In this document: piece by piece, positions 27,384-41,011 of the stretch
How positions within the stretch are numbered: position 1 is the stretch's first letter
Layout: each line of letters starts with the position of its first letter
NCBI RefSeq assembly: GCF_009914755.1
Contig: NC_060928.1
Direction: 5' to 3' (one strand)
DNA: 64,000 nt
From: the human T2T-CHM13v2.0 reference genome, Homo sapiens
Notes under the pieces: generated by a model
What the model saw: only the letters and a program-made list of their open reading frames with translations
Databases searched by the model: none
Told to the model about the DNA's origin: nothing
Made by a program: the position numbers and the translations under genes

Positions 27384-28250
27384 AGCCCCTGGCAATTTTA
27401 AGGCTCCACTCATTTATGTCCTTTTTCTCAAGATTTTCAATCCTGTGTTGGCTTTTGTGCCAATGCATGAAACCAGATGTTTCATTTATTTTATCCAATG
27501 TTTTTTAGCACAGAATAATTTCTGCATGAGGAATATTCATGGACAGAAACATGAGTTTAAGCATGACATTTCAATTACAAATTTTACCTGGCCAACACTT
27601 ATCTCATCATCAAAATATAAATGTTTATTTACATTTAATGGCTCTCCTTTTTCATACCATGAGGCAACAATCTGACACAAATGGATACCCGAGTCTGCAG
27701 GAACAGAAAGACCTGTATAATCTCTCTAGTTTCCAAGCTTCTAAATTGTGTTATATAAGCATCCAGCAAATTAATCTCATTACTTCAATCATGTCCTTCC
27801 TGAATCAAACTTGACTGACAGTTAAAGTTCGTTAATGGGTCCACGAATCACAAAAACTTTGTTCCTAAGGTTTTTCAACCTAGCATAATACCCCTGATCT
27901 CATAGAATTATGAGAAAGCCCTAAAATATATCACATGTAAACATTCTTACTGGTGTAATATAAGGAGTCATTAGGAACAATATTAACAGTGAGAAGGACA
28001 ATGGTATGGGATCCTTAAAATTAGGTGAATTTCTCTAGGAAATGTATAAGTCATCAGAAATAAAAAATTTCTCATAATACAATAAAATAAATTATTCAGG
28101 TTCTAGCTATTGCTACAAAACATTTAATAACACATTATGTACCACAGAGATATGAAAATGCATTTTAAAACATTTCAATGATTAGTTTCGTATTAATTTA
28201 TGAGAGCAATGAAAAAATAAAATGTTCTTTATTTTAAAAATAATGGTAAG

Positions 28251-28624
<374 letters not shown>

Positions 28625-29832
28625 TCATATTGTACACTATAATAACAACATATCATTCATGACAATTCTAATTCTGCTACTAACAGATTTTCTCTGCTTT
28701 GAGAAAAATCTTGAGTATGAAATTTTGAATGTGTTTAAGCAAGTTCGTGGTAAACAGAAGGCTTGCAGAGCACCTCGGAAGGAACATTTTCCCAATGTTG
28801 GCAACACAGGACTCTGTTTTCCATGCATAGTCTGTTGGGGAAAAAAATAAAAGTTGTTGGAATGTGAACACTACTGTGTTTTTCTTCAGCTGAATATGTA
28901 TTTTAAAGAATAAGAGAGAGTTGAAATGATGCAAATTTAAAAGGCTGTCTTCATTAGCAAACATCTAAGACAAATGTTGAAATGTTTTTGTCTTCACTAG
29001 CATAACTCCATAAGGATTTACAATCTGGCAATAATTTCACTAAACATTTAAGATTATTTTGTCAGTTTTGCATTAAACTCAAAGAAAAACTGAGTTTTAA
29101 CAGCTAAAAGATGTGTTCAAGCACAAAATCTGTGATAATGTTAAGAAAAGAAACTCAAATATGAGTTACAGCTTTCAAAGTAGACAGAGAAAGAAAAAAG
29201 GTTAACACTGTAAAATGAAAATCTCTTGAGCACAAACATTTCTGAGTACATCTTATCATCTATTAGTAATATATTAGCACTTACAGTAGGTGAGGTTGGG
29301 CAAGTGATTAGCTTTGAGTGAAGTAAGAATCTTGAACCATAGGAATACATCTGTGATATTTTTAATAACAGGGTAAATAAACCACAAGCCACCTTAAAAC
29401 CTGAAGTTAAACAAACTTTCATCAATTTAGAAACTGAAGGACCAAATCCAGTTCAAACAATTAAAGTTAGATATCATTGATATCTGTTGGTGATTTGGTT
29501 TTCAAGTAGAAAATAATAAGTGATTATGTTTCCTGCTTGTAAATGAAAAGGAATCTATAGACAGAGATGTGGACCTAAGTAAAGGCAGGCTTGTAGGGGG
29601 TAACTGATGTATAAGCCAGCCCATAAGACAACACCTGTATTTCATTGGGCAGAGTCAGCGCAGAATAATAGAGAAAATAGGCTGCTTACTAATTCCACTT
29701 TCAATGGCATTGGGAAAATAATTTTGCAAACTCAGTCAAGTTAATCAAATTTTTCTCAGTTTCAAAATAAAAAATATTGATCATCTAGGTAACTTCTAGG
29801 ATTTGTTCTAACTCTAAAAATTAAATTACAGC

Positions 29833-30140
<308 letters not shown>

Positions 30141-30658
30141 TTACAATTATTAAATGAAGGAAAAAATGACAGAATCAACAGAAGTGCCTGTAGTTCATTC
30201 CAAACAAAAGTAAAAACTGTTTTGAATTTTTTTATTTTAGTAGAAATCTAAAGTTTTGTGCAGTTATATTAAATATTATTTATACCTGTGCAAAATGCTG
30301 AATTTGGTATTGCTTTATTTCAAGAAGATGTACAAGTGATAAATCTAAAACTTATGATAGTATTTAGGACCACAAATAATTTATAACTATCACCATTCCC
30401 TTTAATCTATAGAAGCAGGTTGCAAATTTGCTTGCAGGTGAAATTATCTGTATATGTTCTATTTTTCATTAAAATAAAAAAATGCAGCAAAAGTTTATTA
30501 TCCATATTGTCTTACAGGTATAAAATGTCAAAATAATAATATATAATCATAGATTCATTGCATTCAGAAACAAATATCAATATATTTAGAAGAAAATGAT
30601 AAGTTCAATCATAGTTGAGGATAGTCTAAACAAAAAAGCAAGGTCAAAGATACAAACT

Positions 30659-30870
30659 CCAGTCTGGGCAACATGACAAAACCCAGTCTCTACAAAACAC
30701 AAAAATTTATCTGGGCCTGGTGGCACACTACTGTAGTTGCAGCTGCTAGGAAGCTCAAATGGGAGAATTACCTGAGCTCGAGAGGTTGAGGCTACAGTGA
30801 GCTGAAATTGTGCCACTGTACTCCAGCCTGGGTGACACAGTGAGATCTTGTCTCAAAGAAAATGAAAAAT
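30659..30870 (+). mobile_element. 5'-truncated AluJ
   Basis: Starts late in the left arm; J-type GAGGTTGAGGCTACAGTGAGC; 12-bp TSD AAGATACAAACT at 30647-30658 and 30871-30882. Confidence 0.9.
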
Positions 30871-31388
30871 AAGATACAAACTACTGTACCTTCAAATCTA
30901 TTTGAATAGAGACTCATTACATTATATTGCTGGGGAATTTTTAGAAAAGCAATTATTTTAATTTTTTAACTTTTTCTGAGATATTTTTATCTGTTTCTTA
31001 TTTAAGCACTCCAACACCAGGAAGCCTATTTCTTTATAATAAAACAATATGAGTTCAATGATTAGGAATGTATCCCTGTCTTCCTGTAACCTGTACTGTC
31101 ATACCTTATGCTGGCTCACAATTCAGAACAAATCTGTTCTCTCTTTCAACCAGTCAAATATACAATATCAAATAATAGATGCCATTTTCTTCATGACACT
31201 TCTCTCAATATTGAAAGCTATCATTTCTCTTTTTGGCCTACTTCTCTCTGAACGAAGTCTCTCATTATCCTTTAGCAATTCTTGAATTCGTTTGAAGACT
31301 TCTGTACATACCATTGGTTTTCCTTTGAATGTACCTTAATCTGTTTTCTGTTAAATATTATCAAGGATTACATATACTCCATACCCAC

Positions 31389-31492
31389 TATATTAGTCAG
31401 GGTCTTCCAGAGAAATGGAACCAATAGAAGATTATATCCCAGGAGAGCCAAAAAAAAAAAAAAAAAACTGCAGTTCCAGTCCGAATTCTGAA
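31389..31492 (-). mobile_element. MLT2-type LTR fragment
   Basis: TATTAGTCAGGGTCTTCCAGAGAAATGGAACCAATAG...CCCAGGAGAGCC...GCAGTTCCAGTCCGA. Confidence 0.65.
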
Positions 31493-31539
31493 ACCGCGTG
31501 CCTACTGGTACAACACAAAGTGAAGAAAACAGTATTCCT

Positions 31540-32190
31540 TTTCTGTGCTCCTCACAAAAGTGATTAACATTGGCATAATCATGACAAACCCTCAGACAAA
31601 AACATATTTAAAAAATTTATGAAATAATTGGCCTGTATCTTCAACAGGTCAAGGTCATAAAACAAAAAAAAACTCAATAAATTTTTTTTTCAGATAAAAG
31701 GAGAGTGACATTACAACTGAAATCAATGCATGATTCCTGATTAGATTTGAGAACAAAATAGCCATAAATGACACCAGTGGGATAATTGGAAAAATTTTAG
31801 TATGAAATGTAGATTATATAATGTATGACATTAAATTTCCTAATTTATATAGATGTACTGTCATTGAGAAAGAAAATTTTCTTTGTCCTTAGCTAACTAA
31901 GAATTAAATATTTAGGGATAAACCGGCATGTTTTGATGAATGCAATTTACTTTCAAATTATGTAGTCTCAAATGACACAAGTGTATGTGTACATTTATTT
32001 ATGTTTGTGTGAAAAATAGAGGACAAGAGAAAGAGAACGTGAGAAACAAGAGAATCAAAGTGAGAAAAAGTGAGCAAAAGTGAAAGCAAATGGGACAAAA
32101 ACTAACAAATGACACTGAGCAAAGGTTAGGTGAAAATTCTTTATATTACTCTTATAATTTTGCTAAACAATTGAAATTATATTAAAAAAA
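31540..32190 (+). mobile_element. L1MC/ME 3' UTR
   Basis: AATAATTGGCCTGTATCTTCAA.AGGTCAAGGTCAT...AATGCATGATTCCTGATTAGAT...GGGATAATTGGAAAAATTT. Confidence 0.75.
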
Positions 32191-33369
32191 AACTGTCCCC
32201 CACCAAAAATATATATATTTGTTTCAACAAGAAATTATCAAGTCTTTTAGACCAAACACATTGCAAGCTTGAAATAATAGATTCATGTGTGTATATGTGT
32301 ATTATATATATAAAATATATAATATATTACCTTAATATATAATAGGTGTGTGTATATATTACCTTAGTTATGATGAGAATAACCTTTTTCCTCACATTTA
32401 ACTGTGATAATAATAAACTTACATGTTCTCAAAAATTCTGTTTTACTATGAAATCGTAATCACTTTAAAACCAAGCAATTAATTTTAAAAATAATGTGTA
32501 AAATAAAATATCTGCCTGTTTTAAAAAATATTTTACATAAATCCTTAAATTATTAAAAGAAATACCACCTCTATATTACAGATGTAAGCATGTTACCAAA
32601 ATGTGATTTATACTCACTAATTTACTACAAGAGCTTAAAATTCTAATTTGCAAAGTACATGTCATTGTACAATTTTCATTTTCAAAATGTTCTTTCTTCA
32701 ATAATTTATGAGCCAGCAGTGAATTTTATGCATCCAATTATCAAAATTGCTTTGAAATATAATGCTAAGCTGACAGTGAAGTGTTGAAAATTGCTAATTA
32801 GATATTGCATCATTGAGAAATAAAAGATTTTGAGAATTATAGAATATAAATGTAATGATATACATCTAAGTAAGACAACCATATTAATTGATATTATCTC
32901 ATTAAAGGTGAGTATTGAGAATTTTTATAACAGATATGAAAAACATCAGCAGAAACACTAACAAAATATAATGGGAAATAAATATCATGATATAAAATGC
33001 ATATTATCCACATAGCATACTCAATGCTTTATTTAAAGATGATGACTCTCATTAGAATTTAAAAATAACTATAATTATTTTATGGATATGATAAGAAATG
33101 ATAACTTTCAAAACTTAAAATACTATTATTAACAACATAAATTAGTTTCTTATTTTTCTATAATAAATTAAATCTATTTATTTTAAAATTTTTCTGTGTT
33201 AATGCTCAACCTACCTCAGAGGAAGAAGCACATTAGCTAAATCTTGAAGAATGAATAGGTGCCTGCAAAGTGAAAACATTTCAAGGGTATATCCCTGAAG
33301 GACCTGGCATGTTTAGACAATGTCTTAATGCATTACAATACTTAAAAGAGGTAAAAAAGAGGTCAAACA

Positions 33370-34105
33370 TATAAGCAAGAAAAAATAATAATTCCATCAA
33401 AAGGTGGGCAAAAACACGAATAGAAATTTCTCCAAAAATGTACAAATGGCCAACAAACATACGAAACAGTGCTCAGCATCACTAATCATTAGGAAAATAC
33501 AAATTAATATGACAGTGAGATATCGCTTTGCCCCAGCCGGAATAGTCACTATTAAATAGTCAAAAAACAATAGATGTTGGCGTGGATGTGCTGAAGAAAG
33601 GAATACTTACACACTGCTGGTAGGAATGTAAATCAGTATCAGTACAGCCTCTGTGGAAAACAGTATGGAGATTTCTCAAATAACTAAAAGCAGATCTACT
33701 ATTTCATCCAGCAATCCCACTACTATCTACTCAAAGGAAAAGAAGTCACTGTATGAAAAAGACACTTGCATGTGTATGTTTATTGCATCACAATTCACAA
33801 TTACAAAGCTATGGAATCAACCTAAGTGCCCATCAACTGATGAGTGGATAAAGAAAATGTGGTTTTATACACACACACACACACACACACACACAAATAC
33901 ACCATGGAATACTGTTCAGCCATTTAAAAAAAGAATAAAATAATGTACTTTGCAGCACTTGGATGGAACTGGAGGCCATTATTCCAAGTGAAGGAATCAA
34001 AGCCAAATACTGCATGTTCTCACTTACAAGTGGAGCTAAGCTATAGGTACACAAAGGCATGTAAAACAGTATAGTAAACATTGGAAACTCAACAAAAAAA
34101 GGAAA
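33370..34105 (+). mobile_element. L1PB/L1MA1-like ORF2 end and partial 3' UTR, with (CA)n at 33869-33895
   Basis: ORF 33653-33943 KDTCMCMFIASQFTITKLWNQPKCPSTDEWIKKMW; CATGTTCTCACTTACAAGTGG. Confidence 0.9.
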
Positions 34106-34734
34106 ATACCTTTAGACTTGTAAATAAACATACCAATAATTTTATATTAAATTGACAATCACTATCAGATTATTTCCAAAAATTAAAATCTACCACATCC
34201 ACAAAATGCAAAACTTCCAATGTTTAATACAAATTCCCTAATGGATTGTTTCCTTTAGAAAAATCCATTCGGTTTATGTGTGTGCGTGCATGCGTGCGTG
34301 TGTGTGTAATTTAGCTTCTAAAACTTTATCATAAAATCATACATAAAATAGTAAGTAGATTTCCCTAGAAAATTTCTTTTATCATTTTATTACAGAGGTA
34401 TACAGCAAGGTGCCCCAGAATCTGAGGACAAAGTTATGCTCTGAAAATATTACAAGTAAACTGCTCTTGAAAAAGCACACTTCAAATGAAATTTACACCC
34501 AGAATTCATGCATAGGAAAGTATTTTTTTACTGTTCTTAGAGACTGAAAATTTAAATTTTACAGTGTAATTTTGGAAAAACATATAAAAAGGTTTTATTT
34601 ATTTAATAGAACTTGTCCCAAAAAAACCTAAATATTATATCTCAATTATTTTTAAAACATAATAAATGGCCAAAAATTCATCTCTGATCTTTTTCTTCCT
34701 TTCAACCATGTATCATACTAGAACAACCAACAAA

Positions 34735-34820
34735 AAGTAGCATACATTGTACCCGATAGGTAGTTTCTTTTATTCCTCACTCCCCTCACATCCTCCCCAA
34801 TTGAGTCTCCAATATTTATT
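34735..34820 (-). mobile_element. Short antisense L1 3' UTR fragment
   Basis: CATTGTACCCGATAGGTAGTTT...CCTCACTCCCCTC...GAGTCTCCAAT. Confidence 0.6.
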
Positions 34821-35214
34821 GATCTAAATATTATTTCAAATGTTGTTATTCTATTTATATTTTGATAATCCATAATTAACCTTAATTTCTAAGAGTAGAG
34901 CAAAGGTAAACACTGAAAAATTTTCGTGCTACAATTCAGAAGCGGGCACGCATTCTGTATATTGGTAAATAAAATACTTTTTAAAATGTTATTTTCATGA
35001 TCTATTATGAAATTAATTTAGCCTAAGTCTTTTGCTATAAAAGAAGCATTTTTCTGGAGGTTATTATTATAAGGGCCCTTGTAAATCTCTGAAACAAAAA
35101 TCAAAATTCTTAGTAGGCTAGTCAGTGCTCTAAAATCATAGTTATTACTCCAAAAAATTTATTTTCTTTCACAAACAATTACTGCTATGAAAAATAGTAA
35201 AAAGATAATATCCA

Positions 35215-35345
35215 AGTTATGCAAGATAAATAAGGTAGAGCAATCTCCTGTTCACCATCATGCCTATTGTTAGCAATATTTTATTGTGCACTTAAAATTT
35301 CTTAAAGGAGCAGATGTCATGGTAAATATTCTCACCTCAATACAA
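35215..35345 (+). mobile_element. L1MA/MB 3' end fragment
   Basis: GTTATGCAAGATAAATAAG...CATGCCTATTGTTAGCAATA...TTGTGCACTTAAAATTT. Confidence 0.6.
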
Positions 35346-36490
35346 TATATATTTGTACATGTATGTGTGTGTATATAAATGCACATTAAAGTAAAAATTT
35401 AGAACTTTTATATTAATTATCTAAACAACAAAATTAAGTAGAATAATTAAAAATAATATCCAAATTATAGAAATAAAAAATAAAGACATAACTATCATAT
35501 GTGTATAGCAAATAGTTGGTAACATGTAGCAAATATTGGAAAGTTGAGAAGATAAAATCTCAAGGATAAAGTTAATATTTTATTATTTCAACAGAAGGCA
35601 TAATATAGATGTAGTGATAGGAATTGGAAAGAAAATATTCATGGCTATAGTGTTTGATATATCATGGCTTATGTTACCTTTAATTTCACAGTTAAAAACT
35701 GGATTTAGCAATCAATCTAACATAATGATAGTTTTGGAATCTGTATCCTCTCCTCCCACTCTTTTAAAAACACCTTAATTATAAACCATATTTTCTTAAT
35801 GTTATCAGTGGAAAACAGATGTTAATTAACTTCACTTTTTTAAAGAAAAAGGTAGAAACCACTACATGCAGAATTGTACCAGATCTTCACAAAAATAAAA
35901 CATTCATGTGAAAAAGTATTTGTAATATTTCACTATTAGGTTCGATTTAATTAAATTGTCTGTATATGTCCAGCCTTTGCTCTTTACATGCCTAAAAATA
36001 CAGTGTTACAATGTTAAGAGTCAAAAATTATTACACTATCAAGCTAAATAACCTCTTATTCAAAGTAGAAGCTAATGCCCTTTTTATAAAACTGAACAAT
36101 ATAGCAATAAAACCTCTAAATATTCAATTAGTTATTTGCTGATCTGGCAACTACCTACATTTTTGTTTCAACTGATGAAGAATTTCTGCAAAAAATAATA
36201 ATAATAATAATTTGTTATTATTAAAATAATCATAATTTGTTAATGATCAAGGAGAAATCATAGAAGCATTTTTCAAGGTTTTTGCATAATGAGTCTGCAG
36301 GTTTTCTTAGTGGATTTTTTTTCTCTGATGAGTTCATGCTTCTCACACAAGCAATAATTGAGAAAAACAGTAAAGGAAAATGTACTCAAGAAACCACTTA
36401 AGACAAATCTCTTAGGAGGAATTATGTATTGAATTTTTTTCCTCCAATTCTGCTCTCATGCTCCCTCTCCACCCACCATCCCCTTGTGCC

Positions 36491-36491
<1 letters not shown>

Positions 36492-36518
<27 letters not shown>
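36492..36518. repeat. (CA)n microsatellite
   Basis: Direct inspection. Confidence 0.97.
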
Positions 36519-36522
<4 letters not shown>

Positions 36523-37473
36523 CAACTATAGTAACTAGGCTTTTCTTATCAGAGGGTTCAGATGGGAAAAAGAAAACATTTGTTCCTTTAAAACTGAGTT
36601 TTAAAGGAACTGAGTTTTAAAGTTTAAATTAGTTTAAAATTATGTTTTTTGTTCATTTATTTATGTTATTAAATGCCAGTGGCTTTCTTTAAATCTTTAT
36701 TGGGGTGGGCCACTGTGTCCAATCATGATATCTAAATTCTTTGAATATATGAATTCATGTACTATGTACCCACAAATAATTAAGAGGCCCACATATACCA
36801 TAAAGAGGTTTCAAGTTCAATGAATTTCTACAGCTAAATAAATTGTATGTCATTCTCATTTAGAGTTATACTGAAAATAAATATCTGATTTACATTTTAA
36901 AGACTCAGTTTATCTATATTCAGCAGGGTTTTTTTGAATTAAATATGGTATAACATAACAAATGTATTTATCAGCCAGCTTTATCCTTTTTACACTTACT
37001 ATGAGGGGAAACTCCTCAAGCTATCTGCATTTATACTTTACATATATGTTGCATTTTTAATATGATTTAATGGGTTACATACACCTACAGCTGTGTTTAA
37101 TGAAATGTCTTTCCCTTTATGCTTTCAAAATTACTTATACAGTAATAATGCTCACAGAATTCTGTTTTGAGAATGTTTGCCTTTGGAACACAATAAAGGA
37201 AAAGAAACATCTCTTCTTTCCCTTGATTTTTATTGTCTCTCTGGCTTTGAATTGCATTTCGGACAAAAATAATGCATACAATTGAATGCTTTTTAATAAA
37301 TTAATGGAGTTATACAACCATCAACACAATCCAGTGTTTGAACATTTCTATCACTACAAAAAGCGTCCACCTGCCCCTGGGAGGTAAGTTGCTTTTCCTT
37401 TGGTGTCCTACCTAACCCTCTCTCCCTCCCTACCCCCACCTTGGACACAAAACCTAATCTTTCAGTCTCTCTA

Positions 37474-38412
37474 TGAAGCAGGATATTTCCCTGACCCCTT
37501 CGTGGGACTTGAGTGGGGCTTGCCCTCGTTTACTCAGCCTGTGGGTCTCAAATCCTTGTGGGAGGGAGTGCGCAGGTCAACAAGGTGGGAACTGGAGTGC
37601 ATGAGTGCTGGAACCAGCTGGCCATTTTGGCACTGGCAGGATCAAACCCCACTCACTCAGACCCACTACAATCCACCCCATGAGGGGGGCAGTGCATAGG
37701 TGAGGAGGTGCAGGAGCCAGAAAGAGCGCCGGCAGGAGGGAACTCCTACACACCCCATGGCAGCATCCAAATGGGGTGCCTGTGACTCCCAAAGCCCTAG
37801 AGGGTGTGTCTTTTAGCTCTGCCATTCACAGAAAGCTTCAGTGTTAACAGCTCAGTGAGCCCTCTGCCTTTTCATGTGAGGCAGCTGCCCTCCGCCAGTG
37901 AGGGCAAAGGGCCAGTGTGATAACCTTTTTTGTATCAGCACTTGTGGTTCCCGAGCTCTTGTCTGGTGTCCTGGAAAAATGAGGTTACATGAAACGATTG
38001 AAGGATGGTAAATAAGGGGATTTTATTGCTGATGAAAGTGGCTGACAGGGAGAAGGGGAGCTAAAAAGGGGACAGGGGTGTAGGCAATCTTCCCCTGAAG
38101 TCCAGCTGTCTCCAACTGGGTTATTCTCTGAAGTTACCTTGTCAAGCTATTCCTCTGAAGTCAAGCCACTTCTCTCTGACATCCAGCTGTAGTCGTTTCT
38201 CCTCTCCAACTGAGTCTGGGGTCTTTACAAGGTACAGCTTTGCAGGCAGGGTGGGTGATGGATGGTTTAGGAAAAGGCAACATTCAAGCAGGAAAACAGA
38301 GATGTAAGTTCTCACTTTGGGCTGTGGTTTCAGGCTTTTGGGATTGAGGATGGGGTTTCACCAGGGACCTGCCCTTTTCTGCCTGGAATTTCTCTGCCTC
38401 CTGTCCCTATCA
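37474..38412 (-). mobile_element. ERV1 solo LTR, LTR28-like (LTR1/MER52 group)
   Basis: Minus strand TGATAGGGACAGGAGGCAGAGAAATTCCAGGCAGAAAAGGGC...GGGAAATATCCTGCTTCA; 4-bp TSD TCTA. Confidence 0.82.
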
Positions 38413-38431
38413 TCTATACATAGAATCACAT

Positions 38432-41011
38432 TGATATGGTTTGGCTGTGCCCCCACCCAAATCTCAACTTGAATTGTATCTCCCAGAATTCCCACATGTT
38501 ATGCGAGGGACCCAGGGGGAGGTAATTGAATCATGGGGGCTGGTTTTTCCTTTGCTATTCTCATGATAGTGAATAAGTCTCACGAGATCTGATGGGTTTA
38601 TCAGGGGTTTCCACTTTTGCTTCTTCCTCATTTTCTCTTGCCACCACCATGTAAGAAGTGCCTTTTACCTCCCACCACGATTATGAGGCCTCCCCAGCCA
38701 TGTGGAACTGTAAGTCCAATTAAACCTCTTTTATTTTCCCAGTCTTGGGTGTGTCTTTATCAGCAGAGTGAAAACAGACTAATGCAGTAAATTGGTACCA
38801 GGAGTGGGGCTTTGCTGAAAAGATACCAGAAAAAGTGGAAGTGACTTTGGAACTGGGTAACAGACAAAGATTGGAACAGTTTGAAGGGCTCAGAAGAACA
38901 CAGGAAAATGTGGGAAAGTTTGGAACTTCCTACTATCTTGTTGAACGGCTTTGACCAAAATATTGATAGCGATATGGACAATAAAATCCAGGCTGAGGTG
39001 GTCTCAGATGGAGATGAGAAACTTGTTGGGAACTGGAGCAAAGGTGACTCTTGTTATGATTTTTTTTTTTTTTTTGGAGACAGAGTCTTGCTCTGTCTCC
39101 CAGGCTGGAGTGCAATGGCACGATTTCGCTCACTGCAAGCTCCACCTCCTGGGTTCACAGCATTCTCCTGCCTCAGCCTCCCCAGTAGCTGGGACTACAG
39201 GCACCCACCACCATGCCTGGCTAAATTTTGTATTTTTTTAGTAGAGACGGGGTTTCATCATGTTAGCCAGGTTGGTCTCCATCTCCTGACCTTGTGATCT
39301 GCTGGCCTCAGCCTCCCAAAGTGCTGGGATTACAGGCATGAGCCACCATGCCCGGCCTCTTGTTATGTTTTAGCAACGAGACTGGCAGCATTTTGTTCCT
39401 GCCCTAGAGATTTGCGGAACTTTGAACTTGAAAGAGATGATTTAGGGTATCTGGCAGAAGAAATTTCTAAGCAGCAAAGCATTCAAGAGGTGACTTGGGT
39501 ACTGTTAAAGGAATTCAGTTTTAAAAGGGAAAAAGAGTATAAAAGTTCAGAAAATTTGCAATAGAAAAGAAAATTCCATTTTCTGGGGAGAAATTCAAGC
39601 CAGCTGCAGAAATTTGCATAAGTAGCAAGGAGCACCTAATGTTAATCCCCAAGACCATGGGGAAAATGTCTCTAGGGCATGTCAGAGACCTTCGTGACAG
39701 GCCCTCCCATCACAGGTCTGGAGACTCAAGAGGAAAAACTGGTTTTGTGGGCCGGGCCCAAGGTACCTATGATGTGTGCAGCCTAGGGACTTGATGCCCT
39801 GTGTCCCAGCTGCTCCAGCAGTGACTGAAATGGGCCAATGTACAGCTCAGGCTGTGGCTTCAGAGGGTGGAAGACCCAAGCCTTGGGAGCTTCCATGTGG
39901 TGTTGAGCCTGCAGTGCACAAATGTTAAGAATTGAGGTTTAGAAACCTCTGCTTAGATTTCAGAGAATGTATGGAAACGCCTGGATGCTCATGCAAAAGT
40001 TTGTTGCACAGTCAGGGCCCTCATTGAGAACCTCTGCTAGGGCAGTGTGGAAGGGAAATGTGGGGTCAGAGCCCTCATGCAGAGTCCCTACTGAGGCACT
40101 GCCTAGTGGAGCTGTGAGAAAAGGGCCACCGCCCTCCAGACCCCAGAATGGTAGATCCACTGACAGCTTGCACCGTGTGACTGGAAAAGCTACTGACACT
40201 CAACGCCAGCCCAGGAAAGCCGGGAGGGAGACTGTACCCTGCAAGTCATAGGGGCATAGCTGCCCAAGACCATGGGAACCCACCTCTTGCATCAGTGTGG
40301 CCTTGATGTGAGACCTGGAGTCAAAGGAGATCATTTTGGAGCTTTAAAATTTGACTACCCCACTGGATTTTAGACTTGCATGGGGCCTTTAGTCCTTTCA
40401 TTTTGGCCAAATTCTCCCATTTGGGACAGCTGTATTTACCCAATACCTGTACTCCCATTGTATCTAGGAAGTAACTAGCTTGCTTTTGATTTTACAGGCT
40501 CATAGGTGGAAGGGACTTGCCTTATCTCAGATGAGACTTTGGACTGTGAACTTTTGGTTAATGCTGAAATGAGTTAAGACTTTGGGGGACTGTTTGGAAG
40601 GCATGATTAGTTTTTAAATGTGAGGACATGAGATTTGGAGGGGCCCGGGGCAGAATGATATGGTTTGGCTGTGTCCCCACCCAAATCTCAACTTTAATTG
40701 TATCTCCCAGAATTCCCACGTGTTGATGCAGGGACCCAGGGAGAGGTAACTGAATCATGGGGGCCAGTCTTTCCTGTGCTATTCTCGTGATAGTGAGTAA
40801 GTCTCATGAGAGCTGATGTGTTTATCGGAGGTTTCCGCTTTTGCTTCTTCCTTATTCTCTGTTGCTGCCACCATGTAAGAAGTATCTTTCACCTCCCGTC
40901 ATGATTCTGAGGCCTCTCCTGCCACCTGTGTAACTGTAAGTCCAATTAAACCTCCTTTTCTTCCCAGTCTCGAGTATGTCTTTATCAGCAGTGAGAAAAC
41001 AGACTAATACA
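38432..41011 (+). mobile_element. Full-length THE1A: 5' LTR 38432-38786, internal 38787-40655 (with AluY), 3' LTR 40656-41011
   Basis: Both LTRs start TGATATGGTTTGGCTGTG and carry THE1A-type AATTGTATCTCCCAGAATTCCCAC; TSD CACAT/CATAT. Confidence 0.95.
39059..39357 (-). mobile_element. AluY-like, inside the THE1A internal region
   Basis: GCAAGCTCCACCTCC and TTAGCCAGG; TSD TCTTGTTATG at 39049-39058 and 39358-39367. Confidence 0.93.

Noticed and set aside
32285-32370. TATATTACCTTA duplication in a TA/TG tract
   Set aside because: Explained by microsatellite slippage.
38689-38701. PRDM9 hotspot motif in THE1A
   Set aside because: Reads CCTCCCCAGCCAT, not CCTCCCTNNCCAC; the other three THE1 LTRs also fail the 13-mer.
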